In this document: positions 26,505 through 36,770 of the stretch, in pieces
Position numbering within the stretch: position 1 is the first letter of the stretch
Layout: each line of letters starts with the position of its first letter
Notes under the pieces: model-generated
Database searches by the model: none
What the model was told of the DNA's origin: nothing
The model's input: the letters and a program-made list of their open reading frames with translations, nothing else
Made by a program: the position numbers and the translations under genes
Virus record (IMG/VR): IMGVR_UViG_3300022178_000001
DNA from: an uncultured virus (IMG/VR IMGVR_UViG_3300022178_000001)
Taxonomy: Duplodnaviria > Heunggongvirae > Uroviricota > Caudoviricetes
Strand: one strand, 5' to 3'
DNA: 64,000 nucleotides

Positions 26505-26761
26505 TAGACGAAAGAACTAAAATAGAAGAGCATCTTATTAATTTGGAAGTCGCACAAGAGTTTGGGGACTTGCATCAAATGCAAACTGCACTCGCTAGAT
26601 TATCTAGATACTATTCGTCTCTTACAGAGGAAGAAGTGAATAAATTTCTAGAGTTTGAGTTAATGGTAGAGACAGGTAATCTGAATATTGATGAGAATGA
26701 AGATTATTATGAGGAGCCTTCTTGGGAGCAAGAATGGTACGATTTTGACCCGGACTGCTAA
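26501..26761 (+). CDS. Hypothetical acidic protein
   Basis: ATGA coupling; C-terminus EQEWYDFDPDC. Confidence 0.7.
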   Translation: MIDERTKIEEHLINLEVAQEFGDLHQMQTALARLSRYYSSLTEEEVNKFLEFELMVETGNLNIDENEDYYEEPSWEQEWYDFDPDC

Positions 26762-27598
26762 ATGAACGTAGAAGACCTATTAACAAGTAAGGAGATTGCC
26801 TTTATTCCTAAAGGGGGAGACTTTCTCGTGCGCTGCCTAAACCCAGAACACGCAGATAGAAACCCTAGCATGAGAATAGACCAAATAACTGGTATATTTA
26901 ATTGTTTTTCTTGTGAATACAAGGGCAATCTCTTTACTCTTTATGGGGAACAGCAAAACTTATTGCAGATCCGTAGAGATATGCTAAAGAAGAAAATTCA
27001 AGAAGTAAGAGCAGAGAACTTAGGACTATCTTTTCCTAAAGAGTCTATGCCCTATATTGGTAATTGGCGCGAGATCCGCCCAGAGACTTATAGAAAATTT
27101 GAGGCTTTTCAGCAGCAGTCTTTAAAAGAGTTTCAAAATAGGATAGTATTTCCTATACGGGACAGAACCACAAAGATAGTAGCATTTGTAGGTAGACATA
27201 CTGCTATGGGTACTCCTAAGTACTTGAATAGTCCTTCAGGAGCTAAGATGCCTCTGTTCCCAGTAGTTCGGCCCATACTTGGGTCTGTTATACTAGTAGA
27301 AGGTATGTTCGATATGTTAAACTTGCATGATAAAGGATTAGATAACGCTGTGTGCTGTTTTGGTGTAAAAAATGTTACAGAAGACAGACTAGCTATTCTA
27401 GGTATGCAAGGTGTTAGTAATATTGACTTATTTTTCGATAATGATGAGGCGGGTCAAGCCGCCTCTGTTCGTGTACAAGGGTTATGTGAGAAAGTTGGTC
27501 TTACATCTAGGATTATCAAATTTGGAAGCAAAGATGTTGATCCTGGAGCTCTAAAAGAGTCTCAAGTGAAAAATCTAAGGATTAAATTATATGCCTAA
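26762..27598 (+). CDS. DNA primase (Zn finger + TOPRIM)
   Basis: CLNPEH.D.NPS..CFSC; KYLNSP; VEGMFD; FDNDEAG. Confidence 0.95.
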   Translation: MNVEDLLTSKEIAFIPKGGDFLVRCLNPEHADRNPSMRIDQITGIFNCFSCEYKGNLFTLYGEQQNLLQIRRDMLKKKIQEVRAENLGLSFPKESMPYIGNWREIRPETYRKFEAFQQQSLKEFQNRIVFPIRDRTTKIVAFVGRHTAMGTPKYLNSPSGAKMPLFPVVRPILGSVILVEGMFDMLNLHDKGLDNAVCCFGVKNVTEDRLAILGMQGVSNIDLFFDNDEAGQAASVRVQGLCEKVGLTSRIIKFGSKDVDPGALKESQVKNLRIKLYA

Positions 27599-29858
27599 AG
27601 TTGCATTAGTAGAAACTAAACCCAGCCGCACAAACTTTAAAACTGAGTTTGCAGGGGCTTTTGAATTCGATCAGTATCATTTATGTTCTGATTCGTCTTT
27701 AAAAAAAGTGTTGAAAAAAGATTGTGATATCGATATCAATGTTGACAACTATGACTGGGTTATCCTAGTAGGTAGTGATGCATTGAAATATTTTACCAAA
27801 ATTACTTCAGTTACAGAATATTCAGGTAAAAAGGTAGAAGAAAAGTTCTTGCCTGTAATTAATCCGGCAATGCTAGCCTTTAAACCAGAAGCTAGAAAGA
27901 CCTGGGAGTCCTCTAGAGATAATATTGTTAAATATATTAAGGGAGAAATTCAAGATATAGTAATTGACGATAGTATTGCAAAAGGTATACAAGATACTGA
28001 GGAAGCAAAATCCTGGGTAAGAAAAGCTATGGCTTATCCTGTTATTGCTCTTGACTCAGAAACTACTGGACTATATCCACGAGATGGACATGTTCTTGGT
28101 ATTAGTATGTCTTTTGACGGTCTCAGCGGGGTCTATGTAGACACGGAGTGTTTTGATGAAGAATTAGAAAATATGCTTGCTATGCTATTTAAAGATCGTA
28201 AAGTAATATTTCATAATGCTAAATTTGATATGGCTTTCTTTGAGTACCATTTTGGGTGGGTTTTTCCTGACTTTGAGGATACTATGCTTCTTCATTATCT
28301 TATTGATGAAAATCCGGGCGGCCATGGCTTGAAGCCTTTGTCTTTAAAGTACACACCTTATGGTGACTACGAAAAGCCTATGTACGATTGGATGGATCAA
28401 TATAGAAAAGAGCACGGCATTCTTAAAGGTGACTTTCAGTGGGGGTCAATTCCCTTCGACGTAATGAAAACGTATGCCGCTATGGACGCTCTCTGTACTT
28501 TTTTACTATATGAAAAGTTTAAGAAAATTAAAGCAAACCCAAAACTGTTATGGGTATATGATAATATCCTTATCCCAGGAACTCGATTTCTTACAGACTG
28601 TCAAGATAACGGAGTTCCCTTCGATAAGAAACGTTTAATGCTTGCTCAAGAATTAATGCAAGATGATATTGACGCAGCAATCGGTGAACTGTACAAAGTA
28701 AATGCTATTAAAGCGTTTGAAAAGGCTCAGGGTAAAGAGTTTAACCCTAACAGCACAGTACAACTTCGTTCCTTACTGTTTGATTATATTGGACTAGCTC
28801 CAACAGGAAAGAAAACTGGGACAGGTGCGAATTCTACAGATGCGGAAGTATTAGAACAATTAGGAGAAACTCATGAAGTGCCTAAACACATTCTTAACAT
28901 TAGGCAAAAATCAAAAATCAAGAATACTTACCTGGATAAGATTATTCCTCAGCTGGATCGTGATTCACATCTCAGAACCGGTTTTAATCTTCATTCTACT
29001 ACTAGCGGTCGTCTCAGCAGTTCCGGCAAGCTAAATATGCAGCAGTTGCCTAGAGATAATCCTATTGTAAAGGGGTGTATAAAAGCATCGACAGGCAATA
29101 AGATTGTAGCAATGGATTTAACAACAGCAGAAGTATATATAGCTGCTATTCTTGCAAAAGATAAAGCGCTAATGGATGTATTTAAAAGTGGGGGAAACTT
29201 TCACTCTACTATTGCAAAAACTGTATTTAGGCTACCTTGCCCCGTGGAAGAGGTAGCTGAAACATATGGTACTCAAAGACAGGCTGCTAAAGCTGTGACT
29301 TTTGGTATTATGTATGGTGCTGGCCCTAAGAAGATCAGTGAACAAGTAACAAAAGATTCTGGTAAATTATTTTCAGTAAATGAAGCTAAGGAAGTTATTG
29401 ATGATTATTTTCAAACGTTCCATAGACTTCGCAGCTGGATTAATGAGAATCAAGAGTTTATCTTACAAAACGGCTTTATATATAGCTTTTTTGGAAGAAA
29501 ACGGAGATTACCTAATGTACAATCAACGGATTCTCAAATTAAAAGTCATTCGATTAGGTCTGGCCTTAACTTTTTGGTGCAGTCTGCTGCTTCTGATATT
29601 AACTTACTGGGAGCTATAGACATGAATCAACATATTAAGACTAACCATATGAAAGCTAAAATATTCGCACTAGTGCACGATTCTATTTTAGCCGAAGTAC
29701 CTGAAGAAGAAGTAGACACTTACGTAGACTCTCTCAGAAACTTCATTCAAATGGACAGAGGCTTGAGCATACCTGGAGCACCTGTAGGGTGTGACTTTGA
29801 GATCGGAGACGACTACTCAATGGGTAAGTTTGAGAAAATGTATGGTAGTTACTTATAA
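27591..29858 (+). CDS. Family A DNA polymerase (T5-type, with 3'-5' exonuclease)
   Basis: DSETTGL, HNAKFD, YAAMD, TSGRLSS, RQAAKAVTFGIMYG, LVHDS. Confidence 0.97.
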   Translation: MPKVALVETKPSRTNFKTEFAGAFEFDQYHLCSDSSLKKVLKKDCDIDINVDNYDWVILVGSDALKYFTKITSVTEYSGKKVEEKFLPVINPAMLAFKPEARKTWESSRDNIVKYIKGEIQDIVIDDSIAKGIQDTEEAKSWVRKAMAYPVIALDSETTGLYPRDGHVLGISMSFDGLSGVYVDTECFDEELENMLAMLFKDRKVIFHNAKFDMAFFEYHFGWVFPDFEDTMLLHYLIDENPGGHGLKPLSLKYTPYGDYEKPMYDWMDQYRKEHGILKGDFQWGSIPFDVMKTYAAMDALCTFLLYEKFKKIKANPKLLWVYDNILIPGTRFLTDCQDNGVPFDKKRLMLAQELMQDDIDAAIGELYKVNAIKAFEKAQGKEFNPNSTVQLRSLLFDYIGLAPTGKKTGTGANSTDAEVLEQLGETHEVPKHILNIRQKSKIKNTYLDKIIPQLDRDSHLRTGFNLHSTTSGRLSSSGKLNMQQLPRDNPIVKGCIKASTGNKIVAMDLTTAEVYIAAILAKDKALMDVFKSGGNFHSTIAKTVFRLPCPVEEVAETYGTQRQAAKAVTFGIMYGAGPKKISEQVTKDSGKLFSVNEAKEVIDDYFQTFHRLRSWINENQEFILQNGFIYSFFGRKRRLPNVQSTDSQIKSHSIRSGLNFLVQSAASDINLLGAIDMNQHIKTNHMKAKIFALVHDSILAEVPEEEVDTYVDSLRNFIQMDRGLSIPGAPVGCDFEIGDDYSMGKFEKMYGSYL

Positions 29859-30333
29859 AAGTCTACATAAAGTTAAGTTCCCTTTGTACGCCCTAAAGTC
29901 AGAGAACTGGTGGGAACAAGACGGATTACTTTTTCTAGATGATAGGGTTTTGGATGATAAGAATATGCGCGGCAGTAATTTAGGCCTACGCCGCGCACAA
30001 ACGGGAGACCCTAGACTTTATAAGTTAAATAAGCAAATTATTTCCGTGCAAGGAGTATTAAAATCTTCATACAAATATTTTATAGATAGTAATGGCACAC
30101 CTTTTATCTATGAAAAGACAAAAATGTGTAAACTTAGCTATAAAAAGATCCAAAAAGTTAGTAAACGAGGTAATTGCAGTATTATTACTTGCTATAAAAC
30201 TCCTCCGTTCGATGTTCCTCGACCTCCTTTGGACGGAGAGACTTGGGCGGGATTTATATACTTAAATGGCTTTCCGTATATTTTGTATGAGTATTCCAAT
30301 GGACCGAAAAAAGATTCATATAGAAAGGTGTAA
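29842..30333 (+). CDS. Conserved T5-like hypothetical protein
   Basis: Follows pol as in T5; VLDDKN...LG.RR. Confidence 0.75.
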   Translation: MVVTYKSLHKVKFPLYALKSENWWEQDGLLFLDDRVLDDKNMRGSNLGLRRAQTGDPRLYKLNKQIISVQGVLKSSYKYFIDSNGTPFIYEKTKMCKLSYKKIQKVSKRGNCSIITCYKTPPFDVPRPPLDGETWAGFIYLNGFPYILYEYSNGPKKDSYRKV

Positions 30334-30335
30334 AA

Positions 30336-31019
30336 ATGTCCCGAGGACAAAAAACGATGAGACGTCGCAAACCTAGGACTCTTAATGATGCAAACTTACA
30401 GTTGCGACAGATAGAGCCTTTAACTAGAAATCAAGTACTAGCTTTTGAAAGCTCACAGAATTTAATTCTTCATGGCGTAGCAGGTACAGGTAAAACGTAT
30501 ATATCATCGTATTTAGCTTTTGATGATATATTAAAAGGACTTTATGAAAAATTAGTTATTATAAGGAGCGCGGTATCCACTAGAGATATAGGTTTCTTAC
30601 CCGGTACAGAGAAAGATAAAGCCTCCGTATACGAAGAGCCCTATAAAGACATTTGTATTGACCTCTTTGAAAGAGGGGATGCTTACGAGGTATTAAAAAG
30701 TAAATTTTTAGTACATTTTATGACTACCTCTTTTATACGTGGTATTACATTAAGAAATGCCACTATTTTAGTGGATGAATGTCAGAATCTCACTTTTCAT
30801 GAGCTAGATTCTATTATTACTAGAGTAGGTGAAAATTGTAGAGTGATATTTTGCGGAGATTTTAGGCAATCTGACTTACGTAGCAATGGCCTAAGAGACT
30901 TTATTCGCATTCTTGAAGCTATGGATTGTTTTGATCTAATAGACTTTGAAGTGAAGGATATTGTAAGAAGTGCTTTTGTAAAAGAGTACATTACATCAAA
31001 GGAAAAACTGGGACTTTAA
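30336..31019 (+). CDS. phoH: PhoH family ATPase
   Basis: GVAGTGKT, IGFLPG, RGITL, DECQN, GD.RQSD, DIVRS. Confidence 0.95.
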   Translation: MSRGQKTMRRRKPRTLNDANLQLRQIEPLTRNQVLAFESSQNLILHGVAGTGKTYISSYLAFDDILKGLYEKLVIIRSAVSTRDIGFLPGTEKDKASVYEEPYKDICIDLFERGDAYEVLKSKFLVHFMTTSFIRGITLRNATILVDECQNLTFHELDSIITRVGENCRVIFCGDFRQSDLRSNGLRDFIRILEAMDCFDLIDFEVKDIVRSAFVKEYITSKEKLGL

Positions 31020-31021
31020 TT

Positions 31022-32305
31022 ATGAAAGCAGTATTAGGTAATAGAATATATTTGACCGCTAAAGGTCAATTTAAAGAATGGCTCAATAAACAGCTAACGT
31101 ATGTTGTACCTTCTACTATGCCTAATGACCCACCTTTAGTAATTAAAAATATGGGTAGAATTACCTCTGAGCTAGTAAGTATACCTTCTGGGAGAGAAGA
31201 TCTCATACCAAAGGAATACGAAGTAGTAGATAAAAGAGTATATAAGCCTGTAGAGCCTCCAGAGTTTAAATTTACGTTAAGAGAAAGCCAACAAGCTGTC
31301 TTTGACGAAATTGATGATAGTGCTATTATTAATGCCTGGGTAAGTTGGGGTAAAACCTTTACTGCCCTAGCCATAGCGGCTAAACTAAAACAAAAAACTC
31401 TTATTGTTGTTCACACAGTTCCTTTAAGAACTCAGTGGGCGCGAGAAGTAGAGAAAGTATTTGGCATTATCCCAGGCGTTATTGGTAGCGGTACATTTGA
31501 AATAGGGGAGTTTATTACAATTGGTAATACTCAAAGTCTATATAGACAGTTGCCAAAAATCGAAAAAGAGTTTGGCACTATTATATTAGACGAGATGCAC
31601 CACGTATCCTCCCCTACTTTCGCTAAAATAATTGACACTAATCACGCAAGATATAAAATAGGTCTATCAGGAACTATAGAAAGAAAGGACGGTAAGCACG
31701 TTGTATTTAGAGATTACTTTGGATCAAAAATATTTAAGCCGCCAAAAGAAAACTATATGATACCTGAAATTCATATATTTAGATCTAATACTAGGTTTAT
31801 GGACGGAGCTAATATACCTTGGGCTAACAGAGTAAACAATCTTACTTCTAATGAAGAATACAGACACTCAGTAGCTCTATTAGCTTCCTCATACGCAGCC
31901 CGAGGACATAAGGTTCTCGTGGTAAGCGACCGTGTGGCGTTTTTAAAAGCTTGCGCCGAACTCGTTGGTACAAACGCAGCTTGTGTTACGGGTGAGATTG
32001 ATCAAGTGCAGAGAGAAAGCACTATGTCTTTAGTGGAGGAGGGACGTTTTAATGTGCTATTTGGAACTCAAGCAATATTTTCAGAGGGTATATCTTTAAA
32101 TTGCTTAAGTTGCTTAATTTTAGCAACTCCTATTAATAATGAGCCTCTACTAACTCAGCTTATAGGCAGAGTGGTTAGAGAAGATGAAGGAAAACTAACT
32201 CCTGTTATTTTAGATATTCATCTAATAGGTAAGACTGCTTCCAGTCAAGCATCAAAAAGAATGGGGCACTACATAAAACAAGGTTATATAATTAAACAGC
32301 TTTAA
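31022..32305 (+). CDS. SF2 helicase (T5 D10-like)
   Basis: LRESQ, WGKT, DEMHH, LSGT, QLIGRV. Confidence 0.93.
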   Translation: MKAVLGNRIYLTAKGQFKEWLNKQLTYVVPSTMPNDPPLVIKNMGRITSELVSIPSGREDLIPKEYEVVDKRVYKPVEPPEFKFTLRESQQAVFDEIDDSAIINAWVSWGKTFTALAIAAKLKQKTLIVVHTVPLRTQWAREVEKVFGIIPGVIGSGTFEIGEFITIGNTQSLYRQLPKIEKEFGTIILDEMHHVSSPTFAKIIDTNHARYKIGLSGTIERKDGKHVVFRDYFGSKIFKPPKENYMIPEIHIFRSNTRFMDGANIPWANRVNNLTSNEEYRHSVALLASSYAARGHKVLVVSDRVAFLKACAELVGTNAACVTGEIDQVQRESTMSLVEEGRFNVLFGTQAIFSEGISLNCLSCLILATPINNEPLLTQLIGRVVREDEGKLTPVILDIHLIGKTASSQASKRMGHYIKQGYIIKQL

Positions 32306-32316
32306 AAAAATAATTC

Positions 32317-32345
32317 TTGACAACTTGGTAAAACTTTGGTATAAT
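32317..32345 (+). promoter_or_regulatory. sigma70 promoter
   Basis: TTGACA-17-TATAAT; TSS would fall at or just after the ATG at 32348. Confidence 0.8.
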
Positions 32346-32347
32346 AT

Positions 32348-32752
32348 ATGTTACTTTATGACTTCGAAAAGATTATAGACGCGACTAACGGAAATGTCAA
32401 TGACTGCTTTGCAGTGCTTGATATGTTGACGCATAGTAAACTTCCGTACAATAAATTCGATAAGCTTTATAAGTACTCGAATATAAACTTTAACGGAGGT
32501 TCTTTTATGCTGCACCCAGAGGTTGCTTTTTATAATAGTTATAAGTATACAAAAAGAGAAATGGTACAGTATTTTGGATTAGGTGCTTTTCGGCTTACCT
32601 CAAGATATATTGCCAATCAAATCGTTACTATGAGCGTGCATCAAGTGCCGCTTGATAGGAATTTATATATAGAAAACAGACTACTTCATATAGATGATAA
32701 TGACATAATTCATTGGCGCTATGAAGAAGTTACAGCTAAGGAGATACACTAG
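32348..32752 (+). CDS. Conserved T5-like hypothetical protein
   Basis: Synteny between D10 and D11. Confidence 0.7.
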   Translation: MLLYDFEKIIDATNGNVNDCFAVLDMLTHSKLPYNKFDKLYKYSNINFNGGSFMLHPEVAFYNSYKYTKREMVQYFGLGAFRLTSRYIANQIVTMSVHQVPLDRNLYIENRLLHIDDNDIIHWRYEEVTAKEIH

Positions 32753-32753
32753 A

Positions 32754-33389
32754 ATGGCAATTTCATTCAACAAACAGAAAGGTTCTGCACAAAAATCCTC
32801 AATTTCAGGCTACCAGTATAAAGAAGGTGATAATCAAATACGCATCGTAGGTGATATTCTTGCTCGATACGTATATTGGGTCAAAGGCGAGAACGATAAA
32901 GATATTCCTTTAGAATGCTTATCTTTTGATCGCAACGCAGAAGCTTTTAATAATAAAGAAAAAGATTGGGTAAAAGACTTTTATCCCGATCTTAAGTGTG
33001 GCTGGAGCTACGCAACCCAAGCAATCGTTAACGGCGAGCTCAAGGTAGTTAATCTAAAGAAAAAGCTATGGGAGCAAGTAATCACTGTAGCAGATGACTT
33101 AGGCGACCCAACTGACTTTGAAGATGGCTGGGATCTTTGCTTTAAGCGAGTAAAAACAGGCCCTATGCCCTATAATGTAGAGTACCAATTACAGCAATTA
33201 AAGTGCCAAAAGGCAAAAAGACCTTTAACAGAAGATGAGTTAAAGCTAGTAGCGGGACTAAAGTCAATGGATGACGTTATGCCACGCCCTACCCCTGACG
33301 CACAAAAAGAGTTGTTAGATAGAATAAATAATAATCGATCAGATACTACTATTGATGAGAGCATTGAAGACGAGTTTCGTATTGCATGA
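32754..33389 (+). CDS. ssDNA-binding protein (T5 D11-like)
   Basis: AGGAG RBS before MAISF; GDILARYVYW..PLECL; KTGP...NVEY; acidic tail. Confidence 0.85.
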   Translation: MAISFNKQKGSAQKSSISGYQYKEGDNQIRIVGDILARYVYWVKGENDKDIPLECLSFDRNAEAFNNKEKDWVKDFYPDLKCGWSYATQAIVNGELKVVNLKKKLWEQVITVADDLGDPTDFEDGWDLCFKRVKTGPMPYNVEYQLQQLKCQKAKRPLTEDELKLVAGLKSMDDVMPRPTPDAQKELLDRINNNRSDTTIDESIEDEFRIA

Positions 33390-34345
33390 TATTATTCACA
33401 GCAGACTGGCACCTAAAATTAGGACAGAAAAATGTACCTAAAGAATGGGCTTTAAATAGATATAAATTATTTTTTAATCAAATCTATTCGCTAGAGCTAG
33501 AGTGTAACATGCACATTATTGGGGGCGATCTTTTTGATCGTCTTCCCAATATGGAAGAACTGGAGCTATATTTTAGCTTTATTAAAAATGTAAAGATACC
33601 TACTATTATTTACGATGGAAATCATGAAGCTACAAAAAAGCATACTACTTTTTTCTCTCAGTTAAAAGAAGTTTCAAGGGCTGTTAACCCTTTAATAAAT
33701 ATAGTTGATATTTCATACGAAGATAATGAATTAGGCTTTAGTATTTTGCCTTACGCAGACTTACATAGAAATAATAGCATTGAGAGATTAAATAGTAGTT
33801 ACCCGTTATTTACACACGTCAGAGGAGAGATCCCGCCGCATGTCAAGCCAGAGGTGGACTTAGACAGACTAGAGGACTTTCCTATTGTATTTGCAGGAGA
33901 CCTACACGCTCATAGTAATACTCAAAGAAACATAGTATATCCTGGAAGTCCTATGACTACTTCATTTCATAGAAATAAAGTTTCAACGGGGTATATAGTT
34001 ATCAATGAGCAAGACTGGAGCTGGCGTTGGGATCCTTTTGATTTACCTCAGTTACTAAGAAAAACAGTAGTATCTCAAAATGACATGATTCCTTCAGAGT
34101 ATGATCATACGATCTATGAAGTTGAGGGAGACATACAGCAGTTAGCAGACGTAAAAAATTCAGAGCTTCTTGACAAGAAAATTGTAAAGCGAAACTCTGA
34201 AGCGGCACTTATTATTGATAAGGAGATGTCCATTGCAGAAGAACTCGTGGAGTATCTAATGTACATTTTAGAAATTGATGAATCAAATATATCAAATATA
34301 GTAGGATTATTTAATGATTACGCTGCAAAAGTTGAGATGGAGTAA
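33386..34345 (+). CDS. SbcD/Mre11-like nuclease (T5 D12-like)
   Basis: ADWH, GGDLFD, GNHE, GDLH, YPGSP. Confidence 0.93.
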   Translation: MILFTADWHLKLGQKNVPKEWALNRYKLFFNQIYSLELECNMHIIGGDLFDRLPNMEELELYFSFIKNVKIPTIIYDGNHEATKKHTTFFSQLKEVSRAVNPLINIVDISYEDNELGFSILPYADLHRNNSIERLNSSYPLFTHVRGEIPPHVKPEVDLDRLEDFPIVFAGDLHAHSNTQRNIVYPGSPMTTSFHRNKVSTGYIVINEQDWSWRWDPFDLPQLLRKTVVSQNDMIPSEYDHTIYEVEGDIQQLADVKNSELLDKKIVKRNSEAALIIDKEMSIAEELVEYLMYILEIDESNISNIVGLFNDYAAKVEME

Positions 34346-36110
34346 CTGTTTTAGCTATGGAAAAAATAATGAACTTATTTTGGACGATAGCCCAGTAACT
34401 CAAATAGTTGGAACTAACGGAATGGGGAAATCCTCCATTCCGTTAATTATTGAAGAAGCTTTATATAATAAAAACTCAAAAGGTATTAAGAAAGCTGATA
34501 TACCTAATAGGTATAACAATGATGGGTACTCGATAGAGTTATTTTTCACCAAAGATAGCAGTACGTATAAAATCTGTGTAGACAGAAAAACATCTATTAA
34601 GATAGTATTGATTAAAGATGGGGTAGATATCTCTAGCCATACAGCAACTAATACTTACAAAACAGTTCAGAATATACTAGGCGTTGACTTTAAAACCTTT
34701 TCTCAGTTAGTCTATCAAAATACTAATGCGAGCTTACAGTTTCTTACAGCAACAGATACTAACAGAAAGAAATTTCTTATTGATCTATTGCACCTTGAGA
34801 TATATGTAAGCTATTTTGATATATTTAAGGAAGCCTGCCGAGAAAATCTTAATAATTTAACGGCTATAGAAGCGAAAGTAAGTACTATTGAAAAATGGTT
34901 ATCAAACAATAAATTGGAGGATACTACCCTACTTCCAATGTTAAATTTAGAAATTTACACGGAAGAAGATGAGAAAGAGTTACGTCATCTGAACAAAGAA
35001 CTTGAAAATATTTCGGAAAATAATAAAAATATTTTAAGAAATAAACAATATAAAGAGCTACTCAGTAAGATAGATATATCGGCAGTCCAAGGCATAAAAG
35101 CAATAGAACTTCTATCCTATGACCAAAACCAAGAAGCGCTTGGAAAGGTCTCTGCGCGTGTACAAGCTGCTCAAAAACTACTGCATAAAATACAGGGGTT
35201 GGGCAATAACTGTCCTACTTGTGAGCAGGAAATAAATGAAGACTTCAGAAACTCAATAATTGAGGGAGAAGAAATCTTGATAGGAGACTTAAATGAAGAA
35301 GCTAGAAACCTTAGTGCAGAAATTGAAAGAATTAAATCAAACAATTTTGACTTTAGTAGAAAGACTAAACTTCAAAGAGAGTGGGAAGAAATTTATAGGT
35401 CGATTGACAACAGCTTACCAGAAGATACTGTGGATGGCGAAGAGCTTGAAGCTCGCATCAGCAGCGTTCGTAAACGTTTATCGGACGCAAGAAATTCTAT
35501 GGAAGCAACAGCAAAAGAAAACGAAAGACGAACTAGACAAAATACTAAAATAGAGATAATCTCTGACCAAACTGATGAGATGATGGCGGAACTAAAAGTA
35601 TTAAGCAAAGAGCTTTTAGATCAATCAGAAATATCTTCTAATCTAGAGGTATTGAAAAAAGCTTTTAGCACAAATGGCTTAGTAGCATATAAAATTGAAA
35701 ATTTAGTAAAAGAACTAGAAGATCTAACTAATAATTATCTTGCGGAGCTTTCTGATGGTAAGTTTACACTTGAGTTTGTAGTACAAAATGATAAATTAAA
35801 TGTGCAAGTAACAGATAACGGCAACATAGTAGATATTCAAGCACTCTCTTCGGGAGAGCTAGCAAGAGTTAATACAGCAACGTTAATAGCTATCAGAAAG
35901 TTAATGAGTAGTATATCTAAGTCTAGAATTAATATTCTTTTCTTAGATGAAGTTATAAACGTACTAGACGAAATAGGTAGAGAGAAGCTAGTAGAGGTTT
36001 TATTATCGGAGCCCATGAATACTTATATAGTTAGTCATGGGTGGACTCACCCTTTATTAGAAAAAATAGAAATAGTAAAAGATAATAACATTAGTAGATT
36101 GGAGAAATAA
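34314..36110 (+). CDS. SbcC/Rad50-like ATPase (T5 D13-like)
   Basis: GTNGMGKS, CPTC hook, LSSGE, FLDE. Confidence 0.94.
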   Translation: MITLQKLRWSNCFSYGKNNELILDDSPVTQIVGTNGMGKSSIPLIIEEALYNKNSKGIKKADIPNRYNNDGYSIELFFTKDSSTYKICVDRKTSIKIVLIKDGVDISSHTATNTYKTVQNILGVDFKTFSQLVYQNTNASLQFLTATDTNRKKFLIDLLHLEIYVSYFDIFKEACRENLNNLTAIEAKVSTIEKWLSNNKLEDTTLLPMLNLEIYTEEDEKELRHLNKELENISENNKNILRNKQYKELLSKIDISAVQGIKAIELLSYDQNQEALGKVSARVQAAQKLLHKIQGLGNNCPTCEQEINEDFRNSIIEGEEILIGDLNEEARNLSAEIERIKSNNFDFSRKTKLQREWEEIYRSIDNSLPEDTVDGEELEARISSVRKRLSDARNSMEATAKENERRTRQNTKIEIISDQTDEMMAELKVLSKELLDQSEISSNLEVLKKAFSTNGLVAYKIENLVKELEDLTNNYLAELSDGKFTLEFVVQNDKLNVQVTDNGNIVDIQALSSGELARVNTATLIAIRKLMSSISKSRINILFLDEVINVLDEIGREKLVEVLLSEPMNTYIVSHGWTHPLLEKIEIVKDNNISRLEK

Positions 36111-36114
36111 TATT

Positions 36115-36321
36115 ATGGATTTGCGAGACCGCATATTTGAAGGCTTAGAGGCGCATCTGAAAGGAGTACATGCACTTCATAAAGCTAACATAGAAATTTA
36201 TTTAAGTAATCCCGCAGGGATAGGAGAACACCCAGATGTACTACAAGCAATCGAATTAGAGTTAGGTAAAATGGCGGATGCTACAGAAAAACTGGAAGTT
36301 CTATATAGAGAGTTTGATTAG
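36115..36321 (+). CDS. Conserved hypothetical phage protein
   Basis: NIEIYL.NPAGIGEHPD motif. Confidence 0.75.
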   Translation: MDLRDRIFEGLEAHLKGVHALHKANIEIYLSNPAGIGEHPDVLQAIELELGKMADATEKLEVLYREFD

Positions 36322-36770
36322 TGGTAGATTCAAGAGCTAAAGGTGCTCGTGGAGAATATTTAGTAAGAGATATGCTAAGAGACTCTACAGGGCTTAAATT
36401 CGAGAGAGTACCTAATTCAGGAGCTTTGGAGTATTTGAAAGGGGATTTATATATTCCCCATGAAAAAAACAGATTCTGTATAGAAGTAAAAAACTATGCA
36501 GAATCTCCATTAAATGATAAGATTTTTACTGCTAAAAAGACTAATAATCTTATTAGGTGGTGGAAAAAACTACAGGCACAAGCAGAGCAGGGCTCACAAG
36601 AGCCTCTATTATTTTTTAAATATAATAGGTCTTCAGTGTTTGTAGGTACTCCGCATAAACCACTTAATCCGCTAAGTGAGTGGATGTTTATTAACTTCTT
36701 AGAAGTATATTTAATGGAAGCCTCTGATTGGTTAGAATATGAAAACATAAGGTTCATTAATGGCGTTTAA
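36321..36770 (+). CDS. Holliday junction resolvase-like nuclease (T5 D14-like)
   Basis: SRAKGARGE, KGDL, IEVK (PD-(D/E)xK). Confidence 0.88.
   Translation: MVDSRAKGARGEYLVRDMLRDSTGLKFERVPNSGALEYLKGDLYIPHEKNRFCIEVKNYAESPLNDKIFTAKKTNNLIRWWKKLQAQAEQGSQEPLLFFKYNRSSVFVGTPHKPLNPLSEWMFINFLEVYLMEASDWLEYENIRFINGV

Noticed and set aside
19918..29858. 2-aminoadenine (Z) genome system suggested by DUF5664 and MazG-like genes
   Set aside because: No purZ or datZ in the window and the polymerase looks like ordinary T5 PolA; cannot be excluded for the rest of the genome
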